A stretch of 53,484 nucleotides of DNA, from assembly GCA_025456175.1 (NCBI GenBank), contig JALOLC010000008.1:1-53484 (forward strand), given 5' to 3'. A program made the translations under genes and the position numbers. Below the pieces are notes generated by a model. It did not search any database and was not told the origin of the DNA. It saw only the letters and a program-made list of their open reading frames with translations. The DNA is from Acidobacteriota bacterium (GTDB lineage Bacteria > Acidobacteriota > Aminicenantia > UBA2199). Shown here in pieces: positions 18,573 to 26,997 of the stretch. Within the stretch, counting starts at the first letter, position 1. Every line of letters starts with the position of its first letter.

Positions 18573-20087
18573 CTAGTGGATCTCTTCCAGGGACAACTCC
18601 AGCTTCTCCATGAGGCGCATGACCGGGCAGGTTCCCCCTTCCCGGGCATAGGCGCTGAATTCACTCGCGACTCCGCCGCTGTCGGTGAGGATGCCCCAGG
18701 AGGATTCGGGTTCGAGCAGCAGCGGCAGCAGCAGGCGGGCGCGCTGCGGCAGCCAAGCCACCACGTCGCCCGGCTGCAGCCCGACCTTTGCCGTGGTCCG
18801 CTCCAGGTCGAACTCGGGCTTGGGGCTCTCCTCCTCGATGCGCCCGGTCGCATGCAGCACGCGGTATCTCTCTACCACAGCCTCGGCCGGGGCGGTGAGC
18901 CGGAACAGCTGCACCTGGTGGCGACGGAGCAGGGCGACGAGCCCGGTTTCGCTGCCCGGGATGATGTAGGCCGCGGGCAGGCTGACGCTCTTCTTGACCT
19001 TGACCAGCGGTTCGAAGCGCCCCCATTCGCGGACCTCGGCCCGCCATTCCTCCAGGTTGAAGACGGGGACGGCGATCGTGGGCCGAGCGGGATCGGGGAA
19101 ATAGTCCATGCGTACCAGGGCGCGCTCGCCGGGGGCGATCTCCCGGAGAAGCCGCGCGCGGGCGGAGCGCACCATGGCCAGGATCTCGCCGCCGCGCTCG
19201 GCGGCGGTCTTCAGGAAGGCGGTCATGGCGCTGAGTTGCGTCGCGGTGCGCCGATCGAGCATGTTTTCCACGCTGCCGTAGCGCTTGCCCTCGAGGATGA
19301 AAGCCAGGGTGTTGTAGATGCCCAGGCCCTGGCGGCCGTCGTCGATGTCGGTGGTTGAGAAACGCACGCGATCGTTCTCGACCGGGGCGCCGACCAGGTA
19401 GGGGAAGAAGATGAATCCGTCCCGGGTTACTTTTTCCTTCATGGCCGGGTAGAAAACGTCCTGGCTGAAGGCGCGGATGGCGGCGTCGATGTTCAGGTTG
19501 CTCAAGGCTCCCAGCATCTCGTCGGCGTTCTTGACCGCTCCCTGGCCGACCCACCACGTGGACACCGCGCCGTATTCGTGGACGTCGAGGACGATCTCGG
19601 GGAACCATTGCTGGAACAGGTGGTGCAGGGCGAGGGTCTCGGGCTCGCTGAGCAGGACATGGTTGCGGTTCAGGTCGCGGCCATTGGCGTTGCGCCGCTG
19701 CTTCAGTTCCGCGCCGTCGGGGTTGGCGCAGGGAACCAGGATCAGGTCGAGCTTCTCCAGCACGGCCTGGCCGTCGCGCAGCAGGCCGGCGGCGAGTTTC
19801 AGCGCAGCCTCCTTGCCAGAGGCCTCGTCGCCGTGCTGCTGGCAGAAGATGAGAACGATGGGCTTCTGCTCCCGCCGGCCGGCGAATTTCCCCTTGGAGA
19901 AAAACAGGGCCGGGATCTCGCGTTTCTGCACCGACCTGCCGATCGGCGTCATGGAGACGAGGGGACTGGAGGCGTCCAGTTTTCGCAGCATGGCCATCAT
20001 GTCGTCATGGCGGGTCAGCGGCTGGGTTTGGCCGCCGAGAGCCAGCGCCAGTACCAGGACGATGAACCCGCTGATTGATTTTTTCAT
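18573..20087 (-). CDS. M14 family zinc carboxypeptidase (secreted)
   Basis: Signal peptide MKKSISGFIVLVLALALG. QQHGDEASG (HxxE), DLNRNH and VHEYG zinc/catalytic motifs. Confidence 0.8.
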   Translation of the reverse strand: MKKSISGFIVLVLALALGGQTQPLTRHDDMMAMLRKLDASSPLVSMTPIGRSVQKREIPALFFSKGKFAGRREQKPIVLIFCQQHGDEASGKEAALKLAAGLLRDGQAVLEKLDLILVPCANPDGAELKQRRNANGRDLNRNHVLLSEPETLALHHLFQQWFPEIVLDVHEYGAVSTWWVGQGAVKNADEMLGALSNLNIDAAIRAFSQDVFYPAMKEKVTRDGFIFFPYLVGAPVENDRVRFSTTDIDDGRQGLGIYNTLAFILEGKRYGSVENMLDRRTATQLSAMTAFLKTAAERGGEILAMVRSARARLLREIAPGERALVRMDYFPDPARPTIAVPVFNLEEWRAEVREWGRFEPLVKVKKSVSLPAAYIIPGSETGLVALLRRHQVQLFRLTAPAEAVVERYRVLHATGRIEEESPKPEFDLERTTAKVGLQPGDVVAWLPQRARLLLPLLLEPESSWGILTDSGGVASEFSAYAREGGTCPVMRLMEKLELSLEEIH

Positions 20088-21565
20088 GCCGCCTCCCTTG
20101 CCTTGCGCCGCTTCCAGAAGAGGTAACCGGGGATGCCCAGGGCCACCAGCAGCAGGCCGAACAGTGAATTGATCAGCGGCGCCTGGCCGCTCAGGTAGTG
20201 GGAGACGTCGGAATACAGGGTGAACACGACATAGATCATGGCGAAGACGATGAAAACCGCCGGCACGACCGGGTAACCCCACACGCGGTATGGCCGCTCG
20301 CGCTCGGGCATCGTTTTGCGCAGGACGATGACGCTCAGAGCGGCGGCGGCGTAAAATATCCAGGAAACGAAGATCAGCATGTCGGTCAGCTGGTCGAAGG
20401 TGCCGCTCAGGATCAGCACGCAGGTCCAAATGCACTGGGCGACCAGCGAGGGGCCGGGCGTGCGGAAGCGGGGATGCACGGCGCTCAGCTTGCGGAAGAA
20501 CAGCCGCTCGCGGGCCATGGCGTAGTAAACGCGTGCCGACATCATCAGCGTGCCGTTGACCGTGCCGAAGGTGGAGATCATGATGGCCACGGCGATCAGG
20601 CTGCCGCCCCAGGAGCCCAGGAAGGAGGAGGCCACGTCGGTGGCCACCAGGTAAGAGCCGCCGCCGGCTTCGGCGGCCAGGTAGCGGGCGCCCATGACCT
20701 TGGCCGGGATGATGTAGAAGTAGGCCAGGTTGGTCAGCACATAGACGGTGATGAAAGTGGCGGTGGCGATGAACATGGCCCGCGGCAGGTTGCGCTGCGG
20801 GTCGCGGATCTCGCCGGCGATGTAGGTGACGTTGATCCAGCCGTCGTAGGCCCAGAAGGCCCCAGCCATGGCCACGATGAAGGCTAGGAAAATGGGGGTG
20901 GCGCCGTTGCTGAAGTTCACGCCCGACTGGGTGAAATGGGCCACGTCGCCGTTGCCGACGGCGAAGGCCAGGGCGACGATGGTCAGGATGGCGGCGATCT
21001 TCAGGGCGGTGAAGAAGACCTGCACGGCGGCGCCCAGGCGCACGCCCAGGTAGTTGATCACGGTCAGGAACACGATGAGCAGGATGGTGCTGCCCTTGAG
21101 GCCGATGAACTTGAAGGGAGTGATGTCGCCCATCCAGGGAATGTGCAGGGCGAAGGCCTCCCAGGCCGGCCCCAGGCGCGGGAACTTGAAAAAATGGCCC
21201 AGCGAGTCGGAGAAGACGTAGGCGATGGAGGCGATGGAACCGGTCTGGATGACGATGAAAACGGCCCAACCGTAGAGGTAGCCGGCGAAATCCCCGAAGC
21301 TGCGGTTGAAGTAGACGTACTGGCCGCCGGCCTCGGGGAACATGCCCGCGATCTCGGCGATGCTCAAGACCCCGAAGAGGGTCATCAGGCCGGCGACGAC
21401 CCATACCGCCAGCAGCAGGAGCGGCGACTCGAGCTGGGCGGCCATCAGGCCGGGCTTCTTGAAGATGCCCGAGCCGATGACCGAGCCGATGGCGAAGGCG
21501 ACGGCGGCGATCAGTCCGATCTGGCGCAGCAGCTCGACGGGTTGCTTCGTTTCCCCATTGTCCAT
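20084..21565 (-). CDS. APC family amino acid permease
   Basis: 12-TM protein with AIGSVIGSGIFKKPG and FPEAGGQYVY motifs. Its stop overlaps the M14 start (ATGA). Confidence 0.8.
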   Translation of the reverse strand: MDNGETKQPVELLRQIGLIAAVAFAIGSVIGSGIFKKPGLMAAQLESPLLLLAVWVVAGLMTLFGVLSIAEIAGMFPEAGGQYVYFNRSFGDFAGYLYGWAVFIVIQTGSIASIAYVFSDSLGHFFKFPRLGPAWEAFALHIPWMGDITPFKFIGLKGSTILLIVFLTVINYLGVRLGAAVQVFFTALKIAAILTIVALAFAVGNGDVAHFTQSGVNFSNGATPIFLAFIVAMAGAFWAYDGWINVTYIAGEIRDPQRNLPRAMFIATATFITVYVLTNLAYFYIIPAKVMGARYLAAEAGGGSYLVATDVASSFLGSWGGSLIAVAIMISTFGTVNGTLMMSARVYYAMARERLFFRKLSAVHPRFRTPGPSLVAQCIWTCVLILSGTFDQLTDMLIFVSWIFYAAAALSVIVLRKTMPERERPYRVWGYPVVPAVFIVFAMIYVVFTLYSDVSHYLSGQAPLINSLFGLLLVALGIPGYLFWKRRKAREAA

Positions 21566-21613
21566 TTTTACCTCGTTTTTAGCCCGGGCGCTGGCGGATT
21601 TGGTTTGAAAAGC

Positions 21614-21642
21614 ATTATAGGGAGATGAGGGATAAAAATCAA
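21614..21642 (-). promoter_or_regulatory. sigma70-type promoter of APC-M14 operon
   Basis: Minus strand reads TTGATT (21642-21637), a 17-nt spacer, then TATAAT (21619-21614). Confidence 0.5.
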
Positions 21643-21660
21643 TGGCAATAAAGCCAAAGT

Positions 21661-21701
21661 AAAAAAGTTAAAGCAGCGTAGGAGCGGTTCGCGAACCGCC
21701 C
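21661..21701 (-). terminator. possible clpA terminator
   Basis: Perfect 16-nt palindrome GCGGTTCGCGAACCGC (21684-21699) lies 7 nt past the clpA stop. A TTTTTT run follows about 17 nt downstream on the minus strand. Confidence 0.4.
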
Positions 21702-21706
21702 TTACA

Positions 21707-24010
21707 CTATTTCGCCTTTCGCCTTTTGCCCTGCCCTCTGTCTGCGATCTTGATCGCCAGCTCGTCCTTGACGACGTCGATGCGGGCCAGGCCCCCGTCC
21801 CTCAGGCGTCCGAACAGAACTTCGTCGACAAAGGGGTTCTTGATCTTTTCCTGGACCAGCCGCGACACTTCGCGGGCGCCGAAAATCCGGGAGAAGCCGC
21901 GCCTGGCCACCCAGGCAACGGCGGCCGGGCTGACGCGCAGGGCGACCCCTTTCTCCTTGAGCTGCTGGCTGAACTCGCCGAGCATTCTTGCCACGATGCG
22001 CGCCACCACGGCTTCGTCCAGGTTCCTGAAGGTGATTACGGCGTCGAGGCGATTGCGGAACTCGGGGGAGAAAAGCTTTTCCAGCGCCATGGCCACGGCT
22101 CCGGAGACGGGTTCGTTCTGGAAGCCGACCGCGGCCCGGCCCAGTTCCTTGGCCCCGGCGTTCGAGGTCATGATCAGCACCACGTTGCGGAAGTCGGCCT
22201 TGCGGCCGCTGTTGTCGGTCAGGGTGGCGTAGTCCATCACCTGCAGCAGGGTGTTGAAGATATCGGCGTGGGCCTTCTCGATCTCGTCCAGCAGCAGGAC
22301 GGCATAGGGCGCCTTGCGCACCGCATCGGTCAGCAGCCCGCCCTCCTCGTAACCGACATAGCCTGGCGGGGAGCCGACCAGGCGCGACACGGTGTGCTTC
22401 TCCTGGTACTCGCTCATGTCGAAGCGCAGCAGCGGCACGCCCAGAACATCGGCGAGCTGCCGGGCCAGCTCGGTCTTGCCCACGCCGGTGGGGCCGACAA
22501 AGAGGAACTTGGCCACCGGCTTGTCATTGTCACGGAATCCGGCCCGCGAGCGTTTGATGGCCCAGGCCGCCTTGGCCACCGCCTCGTCCTGGCCGAAGAT
22601 GCGCGACTTCAGCTCCTGCTCCAGGCGCTGCAGGTCGCGGTTCTCCGCCGTCGAAACGCTGCGGCGCGGGATCTTGGCCATGCTGGAAACGACCTGCTCG
22701 ACGGCATCGACAGCGATGGCCACCGGTCCCGCCTTGGCGGGAGCCTTCATGCGCGCCAGCGCCCCGGCCTCGTCGATGACGTCGATGGCCTTGTCGGGAA
22801 GGAAGCGGTCGTTGATGTATTTGCCCGACAGCTCGGCGGCGGCGCGCAGCACCTCGTCGGCGTAGGTCACCTGGTGGTATTCCTCGTAGCGGCGGCGCAG
22901 GCCGCGCAGGATCTCGTACGTCTCGGCGATCGACGGTTCGGAAATCTCGATCTTCTGGAAGCGGCGCGAGAGGGCCCGGTCCTTTTCAAAGTATTTCTTG
23001 TATTCCTCGTGGGTGGTGGTGCCGATGCAGCGCAGCCGGCCCTGGGTCAGGACCGGCTTCAGGATGTTGGCCGCATCCAGCGAGCCTCCCGAGACGGCGC
23101 CGGCGCCGATGATGGCGTGGACCTCGTCGATGAAGAGCACGGCGTTCGCTTCGCCCTGCAGCGCCGCCAGCACCTTCTTCAGCCGCTCCTCGAAGTCGCC
23201 GCGGTAGCGCGTGCCGGCCAGCAGCCCCCCCAGGTCCAGGGCGTAGATGCGGATATCCTTCAGCGCCGGCGGCACCTTGCCCTGGACCACGCGCTGGGCC
23301 AGCCCCTCGGTGATGGCCGTCTTGCCCACGCCGGCATCGCCGACATGGATCGGGTTGTTCTTGAAGCGGCGGCAAAGCACCTGCAGCGTGCGCTCCAGGA
23401 TCTCCTCGCGGCCGATCAACGGCTCGCTCTCCCCGGCGCGGGCCTTGTCGGTCAGCTCGCGGGTGAATTGCTGCAGGATCCCCTCGCCCCGGGGGAGAGG
23501 GGACTGCCTTGGACTGCCCTTGCCCGCGGGCAGGGCCTCGGATCTGCCGGCCGCCGGCTCGGCGGCGCCGCTGCCGCCCTCGTCCATGCCGTGAGAAATC
23601 ACCCGGAGCAGGGTGAAGCGGCTGATCCCCTCGCGCTGCAGCAGGTAGGCGGCGAACGACTCCTTTTCCTCGAGCAGGGCGGCGTAGAGGTCGCCGATCT
23701 CCAGGAGCTTCTTCTCGGCGGCCAGGGAGTGCACCACCGCCCGCTCCATCAGGTCCTGGAAGCCGAGGGAAGGGGTGGGATCGTCCTTGGCCGCCTTGGG
23801 CACGCGCTCGTTCAGGTAGGTTTCCAGCTCCTTTTTCATGAGCTCGACGTTGCCGCCGCAGCGGTCGATGATGCCGGCGCCGGAGGCGAAGAAGAGCGAC
23901 GCGTAGAAGATGTGCTCCGCGGTCAGGTACTCGTGGCGGCGGCCGCGGGCGTCGGCGAAGGCCACGGCCAGGATGCGGTTCAGCTCCTCCTGGATCTCCA
24001 TCTTGTCCAT
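21707..24010 (-). CDS. clpA: ATP-dependent Clp protease ATP-binding subunit ClpA
   Basis: Clp N-domain, two AAA+ modules (GDAGVGKT, GPTGVGKT), 767 aa. Confidence 0.9.
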   Translation of the reverse strand: MDKMEIQEELNRILAVAFADARGRRHEYLTAEHIFYASLFFASGAGIIDRCGGNVELMKKELETYLNERVPKAAKDDPTPSLGFQDLMERAVVHSLAAEKKLLEIGDLYAALLEEKESFAAYLLQREGISRFTLLRVISHGMDEGGSGAAEPAAGRSEALPAGKGSPRQSPLPRGEGILQQFTRELTDKARAGESEPLIGREEILERTLQVLCRRFKNNPIHVGDAGVGKTAITEGLAQRVVQGKVPPALKDIRIYALDLGGLLAGTRYRGDFEERLKKVLAALQGEANAVLFIDEVHAIIGAGAVSGGSLDAANILKPVLTQGRLRCIGTTTHEEYKKYFEKDRALSRRFQKIEISEPSIAETYEILRGLRRRYEEYHQVTYADEVLRAAAELSGKYINDRFLPDKAIDVIDEAGALARMKAPAKAGPVAIAVDAVEQVVSSMAKIPRRSVSTAENRDLQRLEQELKSRIFGQDEAVAKAAWAIKRSRAGFRDNDKPVAKFLFVGPTGVGKTELARQLADVLGVPLLRFDMSEYQEKHTVSRLVGSPPGYVGYEEGGLLTDAVRKAPYAVLLLDEIEKAHADIFNTLLQVMDYATLTDNSGRKADFRNVVLIMTSNAGAKELGRAAVGFQNEPVSGAVAMALEKLFSPEFRNRLDAVITFRNLDEAVVARIVARMLGEFSQQLKEKGVALRVSPAAVAWVARRGFSRIFGAREVSRLVQEKIKNPFVDEVLFGRLRDGGLARIDVVKDELAIKIADRGQGKRRKAK

Positions 24011-24019
24011 GATCGCGCC

Positions 24020-24343
24020 TCAGGCCTCCTCAAAGGTGCACTGCAGGGGGAACTCCTGCTCGCGGGCCAGCGTCAGGACCCGGGCGACCTTGGTGCGGGC
24101 GATGTCGTAACTGTAGACGCCGCAGACGCCGCTGCCGCGGCGGTGGACGTCAAGCATGATGCGCCGGGCCTCGCGGGCCGGCTTTTGGAAAACGGCGACC
24201 AGCACGTCGATCACGAACTCCATGGTGGTGAAGTGGTCGTTGTGCAGCAGGACGCGGTACATGCGGGGCGGCCGAAGTTCAGTATTTTCCTGCGCTTGCG
24301 TATCGGGATCGCTCTCGAAATTGAATTGATTTTCTCTGGCCAT
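24020..24343 (-). CDS. clpS: ATP-dependent Clp protease adaptor ClpS
   Basis: YRVLLHNDHFTTMEFVIDVL core. Start set at MARENQ (24343) because the promoter -10 overlaps the upstream in-frame ATGs. Confidence 0.85.
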   Translation of the reverse strand: MARENQFNFESDPDTQAQENTELRPPRMYRVLLHNDHFTTMEFVIDVLVAVFQKPAREARRIMLDVHRRGSGVCGVYSYDIARTKVARVLTLAREQEFPLQCTFEEA

Positions 24344-24365
24344 CGGCGTCTCGCTCGTCGCCTGC

Positions 24366-24394
24366 ATTCTATCCGAATCCCCCGGAGGTGTCAA
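24366..24394 (-). promoter_or_regulatory. sigma70-type promoter of clpS-clpA
   Basis: Minus strand reads TTGACA (24394-24389), a 17-nt spacer, then TAGAAT (24371-24366). Confidence 0.6.
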
Positions 24395-24427
24395 TGAAAG
24401 CGGATGCTTTGTGTCAGAACTTGGTTC

Positions 24428-24636
24428 ACGGTGTACGGTAGACGGTGTAAGGCAAGAAACGAAAACAAGATTCGCCGTACGTCGTACTGTTCAGGGGGGA
24501 CGGTAAATACCTGAAGCAAACTGCGCAAGACAGCGAGGAATGTCATTCCCTCCCACCGACTATTTCATGGTCAGTCGTGAACCGAGCTCACTTTTTTTCT
24601 TTACCGTCAACCGTTTGCCGTCAACCGTATACCGAG
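24428..24636. repeat. ACGGTNN / ACCGTNN heptamer arms separated by about 150 nt
   Basis: Left arm ACGGTGT ACGGTAG ACGGTGT (24428-24448). Right arm TACCGTC AACCGTT TGCCGTC AACCGTA TACCGAG (24602-24636). The arms are complementary in ACGGT/ACCGT blocks. Confidence 0.6.
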
Positions 24637-24655
24637 CTCAAAAGCGTGTCGGGTC

Positions 24656-24683
24656 TTGAAATAATAATTCCATTGTCTATAAT
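24656..24683 (+). promoter_or_regulatory. sigma70-type promoter
   Basis: TTGAAA (24656-24661), a 16-nt spacer, then TATAAT (24678-24683). GGTGAGGTG RBS lies before ATG 24703. Confidence 0.55.
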
Positions 24684-24702
24684 CTTCCCGGTGAGGTGCA
24701 GA

Positions 24703-26034
24703 ATGAAAAAAAGCCTTATTTTGCTCTTGTGCGGATTGCTGCTCGGCGCCGCCGCGGCCTGGGCGGTGATCCACTTCGTCGTTCCGCGCTGGGACCGCTC
24801 GGCCGTGGACAACACCTTCTGGCAGGTGGCCTCCCGGCTGGACCAGGGCGGCGAAGCCTTTGCCTACTTCCATGCCGAGGAGGTCGGCAAGGCGGCCATG
24901 ACCATCCTCGACAGCCTGAAGCGGAACGCGACCGCGCTGCCCGCTGCGCAGCAATCCCAGGCCAGGCAGGGCCTGGGCATGCTGGAACTGATGCTCAAGG
25001 GCTACGGCTTGGACGAGCTCAGCGGCCTCGGCTTCAGCTCTTTCGCCGTCAGGCCCGGCTTGCACCGCGTCCGCGTCGTGCTCCACCACCGCCCGGGACG
25101 CGACAAGGGGCTGATCTGGAACATGACCGGCCCGGCGCCGCGGCCCCTGGACGAACTGGAGCTGCTCCCCGCCGGCACGGCCCTGGCTCTCATCTCCGAC
25201 TACAACCTGGTCAAGCTGATCGAGTGGGCGGGCCGGATCGGCCCGATGATGGGCACCCAGGGCCAGTCCGATGCCCCGGCCCCCGGCGCCGACCAGGCCA
25301 TGGCCATGATCAAGGCCGGGCTGCAGGCGGCCGGCATCGACTCCGACCGCCTGTTCAAGTCGTACGGCGGCCGCCTGGGATTCCTGCTGGTGCTCGACCC
25401 GGAAAAGAGGGTGACGCTGCCGGCACAGGGCAAGCCCCTGTCGATTCCCGAGCCGGCGTTCGCCCTGCTCATGCGCGTCAACGACAACTACCTGTTCGAT
25501 ACCCTCAAGGCCAAGCTGGCCGCCCTGGGGCAGCCCAAAATCAGCGAGGAGGGGGGGATGAGGAAAATCGCCTTCCCGCCGCTGCCCGCCCCCTTCCCCC
25601 TGGAGCCGGCCATCGTCCAGAAGGGCGAGTGGCTGCTGGTGGCCTCGCGGCCAGCCCTCGCCGACGAGATGCTCGGCAAAAAGACGCCGCGCCTGAGCGC
25701 CGGCGCCGATTTCAAGGCCATCGCCACCAAGGCCCCCACCCTTGGCAACGGTTTCAGCTATGCCAGCCCGGTGCTGCTGCGCCTGGTCGCCCAGGTCTTG
25801 CGCGAGAACAAGGGCGGGCTGCAGCCGGAGTCGGCGCTGCAGAAGATCACGTCGCTTCTCGACGCCAACAAGGGGCTGTACTGGGTGGTGGAGAACTCCA
25901 GCCAGGGGCTGACCTACACGTTCAACCATGGCTTCGAGATCTCCTCCCTGCCCGCGCTGGTCGAGGCCTTCGTCGAGATCGCCGCCGCGAAGGCGAAGGA
26001 GAAAGCGGCGGCCGCGGTGCCGGCAGAGGAATAG
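24703..26034 (+). CDS. hypothetical membrane-anchored protein
   Basis: N-terminal anchor MKKSLILLLCGLLLGAAAAWAV. No catalytic motif recognised. Confidence 0.6.
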   Translation: MKKSLILLLCGLLLGAAAAWAVIHFVVPRWDRSAVDNTFWQVASRLDQGGEAFAYFHAEEVGKAAMTILDSLKRNATALPAAQQSQARQGLGMLELMLKGYGLDELSGLGFSSFAVRPGLHRVRVVLHHRPGRDKGLIWNMTGPAPRPLDELELLPAGTALALISDYNLVKLIEWAGRIGPMMGTQGQSDAPAPGADQAMAMIKAGLQAAGIDSDRLFKSYGGRLGFLLVLDPEKRVTLPAQGKPLSIPEPAFALLMRVNDNYLFDTLKAKLAALGQPKISEEGGMRKIAFPPLPAPFPLEPAIVQKGEWLLVASRPALADEMLGKKTPRLSAGADFKAIATKAPTLGNGFSYASPVLLRLVAQVLRENKGGLQPESALQKITSLLDANKGLYWVVENSSQGLTYTFNHGFEISSLPALVEAFVEIAAAKAKEKAAAAVPAEE

Positions 26035-26157
26035 CGACGCCGTGACGGGCAAGGAGGAAGCAGGGACAAGCCGGCACGAACTCGAACTGGCGCCGCCGCG
26101 CCTTATTCATCGCTCCGCGCTTGGCAACGAAGGCTCTGCATCTTTCCAAGGTGGCCG

Positions 26158-26856
26158 ATGAAAACCCTGATTGCCATGCTGCTGCTCCCTTTGTCCCTGA
26201 TCCTGGCGGCCCAGGAGGAGCCGCTCGTTGCCGCCGATTCCCAGGATCAGGGGGCGTTTTTTTTCGAAGCCACCAGCCAGTATCTTTCCTTCGCCCTCGC
26301 TGACCTGGACGGAGCGGGGATCATTGGCAATGCCGACCAGGTGTTCTTTCTCCCCCGGATCAGGCCCAGCCTGGGCCTGGGTTTCGGCTTCGGCCGCCGC
26401 TTCCGCTCGGGGCTCTGGGCGGTCACCTACCTGGTCTCCGGACACGACGCCGACTTCCAGGCGCGGGAGAGCACAGCCGTGTCGCGCCTGGTCCAGGTCC
26501 ACTCGCGCATTTTCCTGAACCGCGCCTCGAGACTGCGGCCCTTTCTTCACGTGGGGCTCAGTTTTCCCTGGCTGAAAGTTCGCGACAATGTTGCCGACGG
26601 CAACGGCGTATTGCACGATGCCACCTACGCGGGCGTGGGCGTCAACGGCGGCGCCGGCCTTCTGGCTCCGCTCTCCTCGCGCATGTTCTTCAGCGCCAGC
26701 CTGGTCTGCCGCTACCTGGGCTACCTCTATGCCTATGGCCCGGTGAAGGGGATCGACGTGACCGATCTTTTCGACGGTGTGAGCGGCCCGCGCCACCGCC
26801 GTTTCCTGCGGGCTCCGGTCGTCGCGCTCGAATTAAGCTTGGGCTATGAGTTATAG
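26158..26856 (+). CDS. outer-membrane beta-barrel protein (small porin-like)
   Basis: Signal peptide MKTLIAMLLLPLSLILAAQ and alternating-hydrophobic beta-strand pattern. Confidence 0.55.
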   Translation: MKTLIAMLLLPLSLILAAQEEPLVAADSQDQGAFFFEATSQYLSFALADLDGAGIIGNADQVFFLPRIRPSLGLGFGFGRRFRSGLWAVTYLVSGHDADFQARESTAVSRLVQVHSRIFLNRASRLRPFLHVGLSFPWLKVRDNVADGNGVLHDATYAGVGVNGGAGLLAPLSSRMFFSASLVCRYLGYLYAYGPVKGIDVTDLFDGVSGPRHRRFLRAPVVALELSLGYEL

Positions 26857-26942
26857 TGACAAGTAACAAGTGACAAGTGACAAGGAAAAATGCAATTTCA
26901 AATGGATGTTCATGTCATTGCGGTTCCTCGTCACTCGTCACT
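26856..26942. repeat. GTGACAA-heptamer hairpin element, copy 1
   Basis: GTGACAA GTAACAA GTGACAA GTGACAA GGAA, then a 36-nt loop, then TTCCTCGTCACTCGTCACT. 17 of 19 stem positions are Watson-Crick. Confidence 0.8.
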
Positions 26943-26949
26943 GAAGAGA

Positions 26950-26978
26950 TTGCCATTCCGGTCCGGCCCGGATAAAAT
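26950..26978 (+). promoter_or_regulatory. sigma70-type promoter
   Basis: TTGCCA (26950-26955), a 17-nt spacer, then TAAAAT (26973-26978). Confidence 0.5.
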
Positions 26979-26997
26979 GATTCCAAGGTAAAGACCT

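Noticed and set aside
22268-24397. Very long antisense ORFs, for example 22268..24397 (709 aa), 31931..33850, 36271..37977, 51207..52742, 6441..7907, 13791..15215, 15154..16578, 24607..26052, 38854..40215, 47461..48780, 4166..5539, 43635..44843 and 52709..53413.
   Set aside because: Each lies opposite a gene with clear family motifs. Their products are Arg/Gly/Ala/Pro/Asp-rich low-complexity strings with no motifs. This is the expected stop-poor shadow frame of about 70% GC coding DNA.
26856-26942. CRISPR arrays or minisatellites as an explanation of the tandem heptamers, and of the 31-bp repeats at 41380-41451.
   Set aside because: The units are 7 nt with no spacers and always occur as complementary arm pairs. 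The 31-bp units are contiguous with only 2.3 copies. No cas genes are present.
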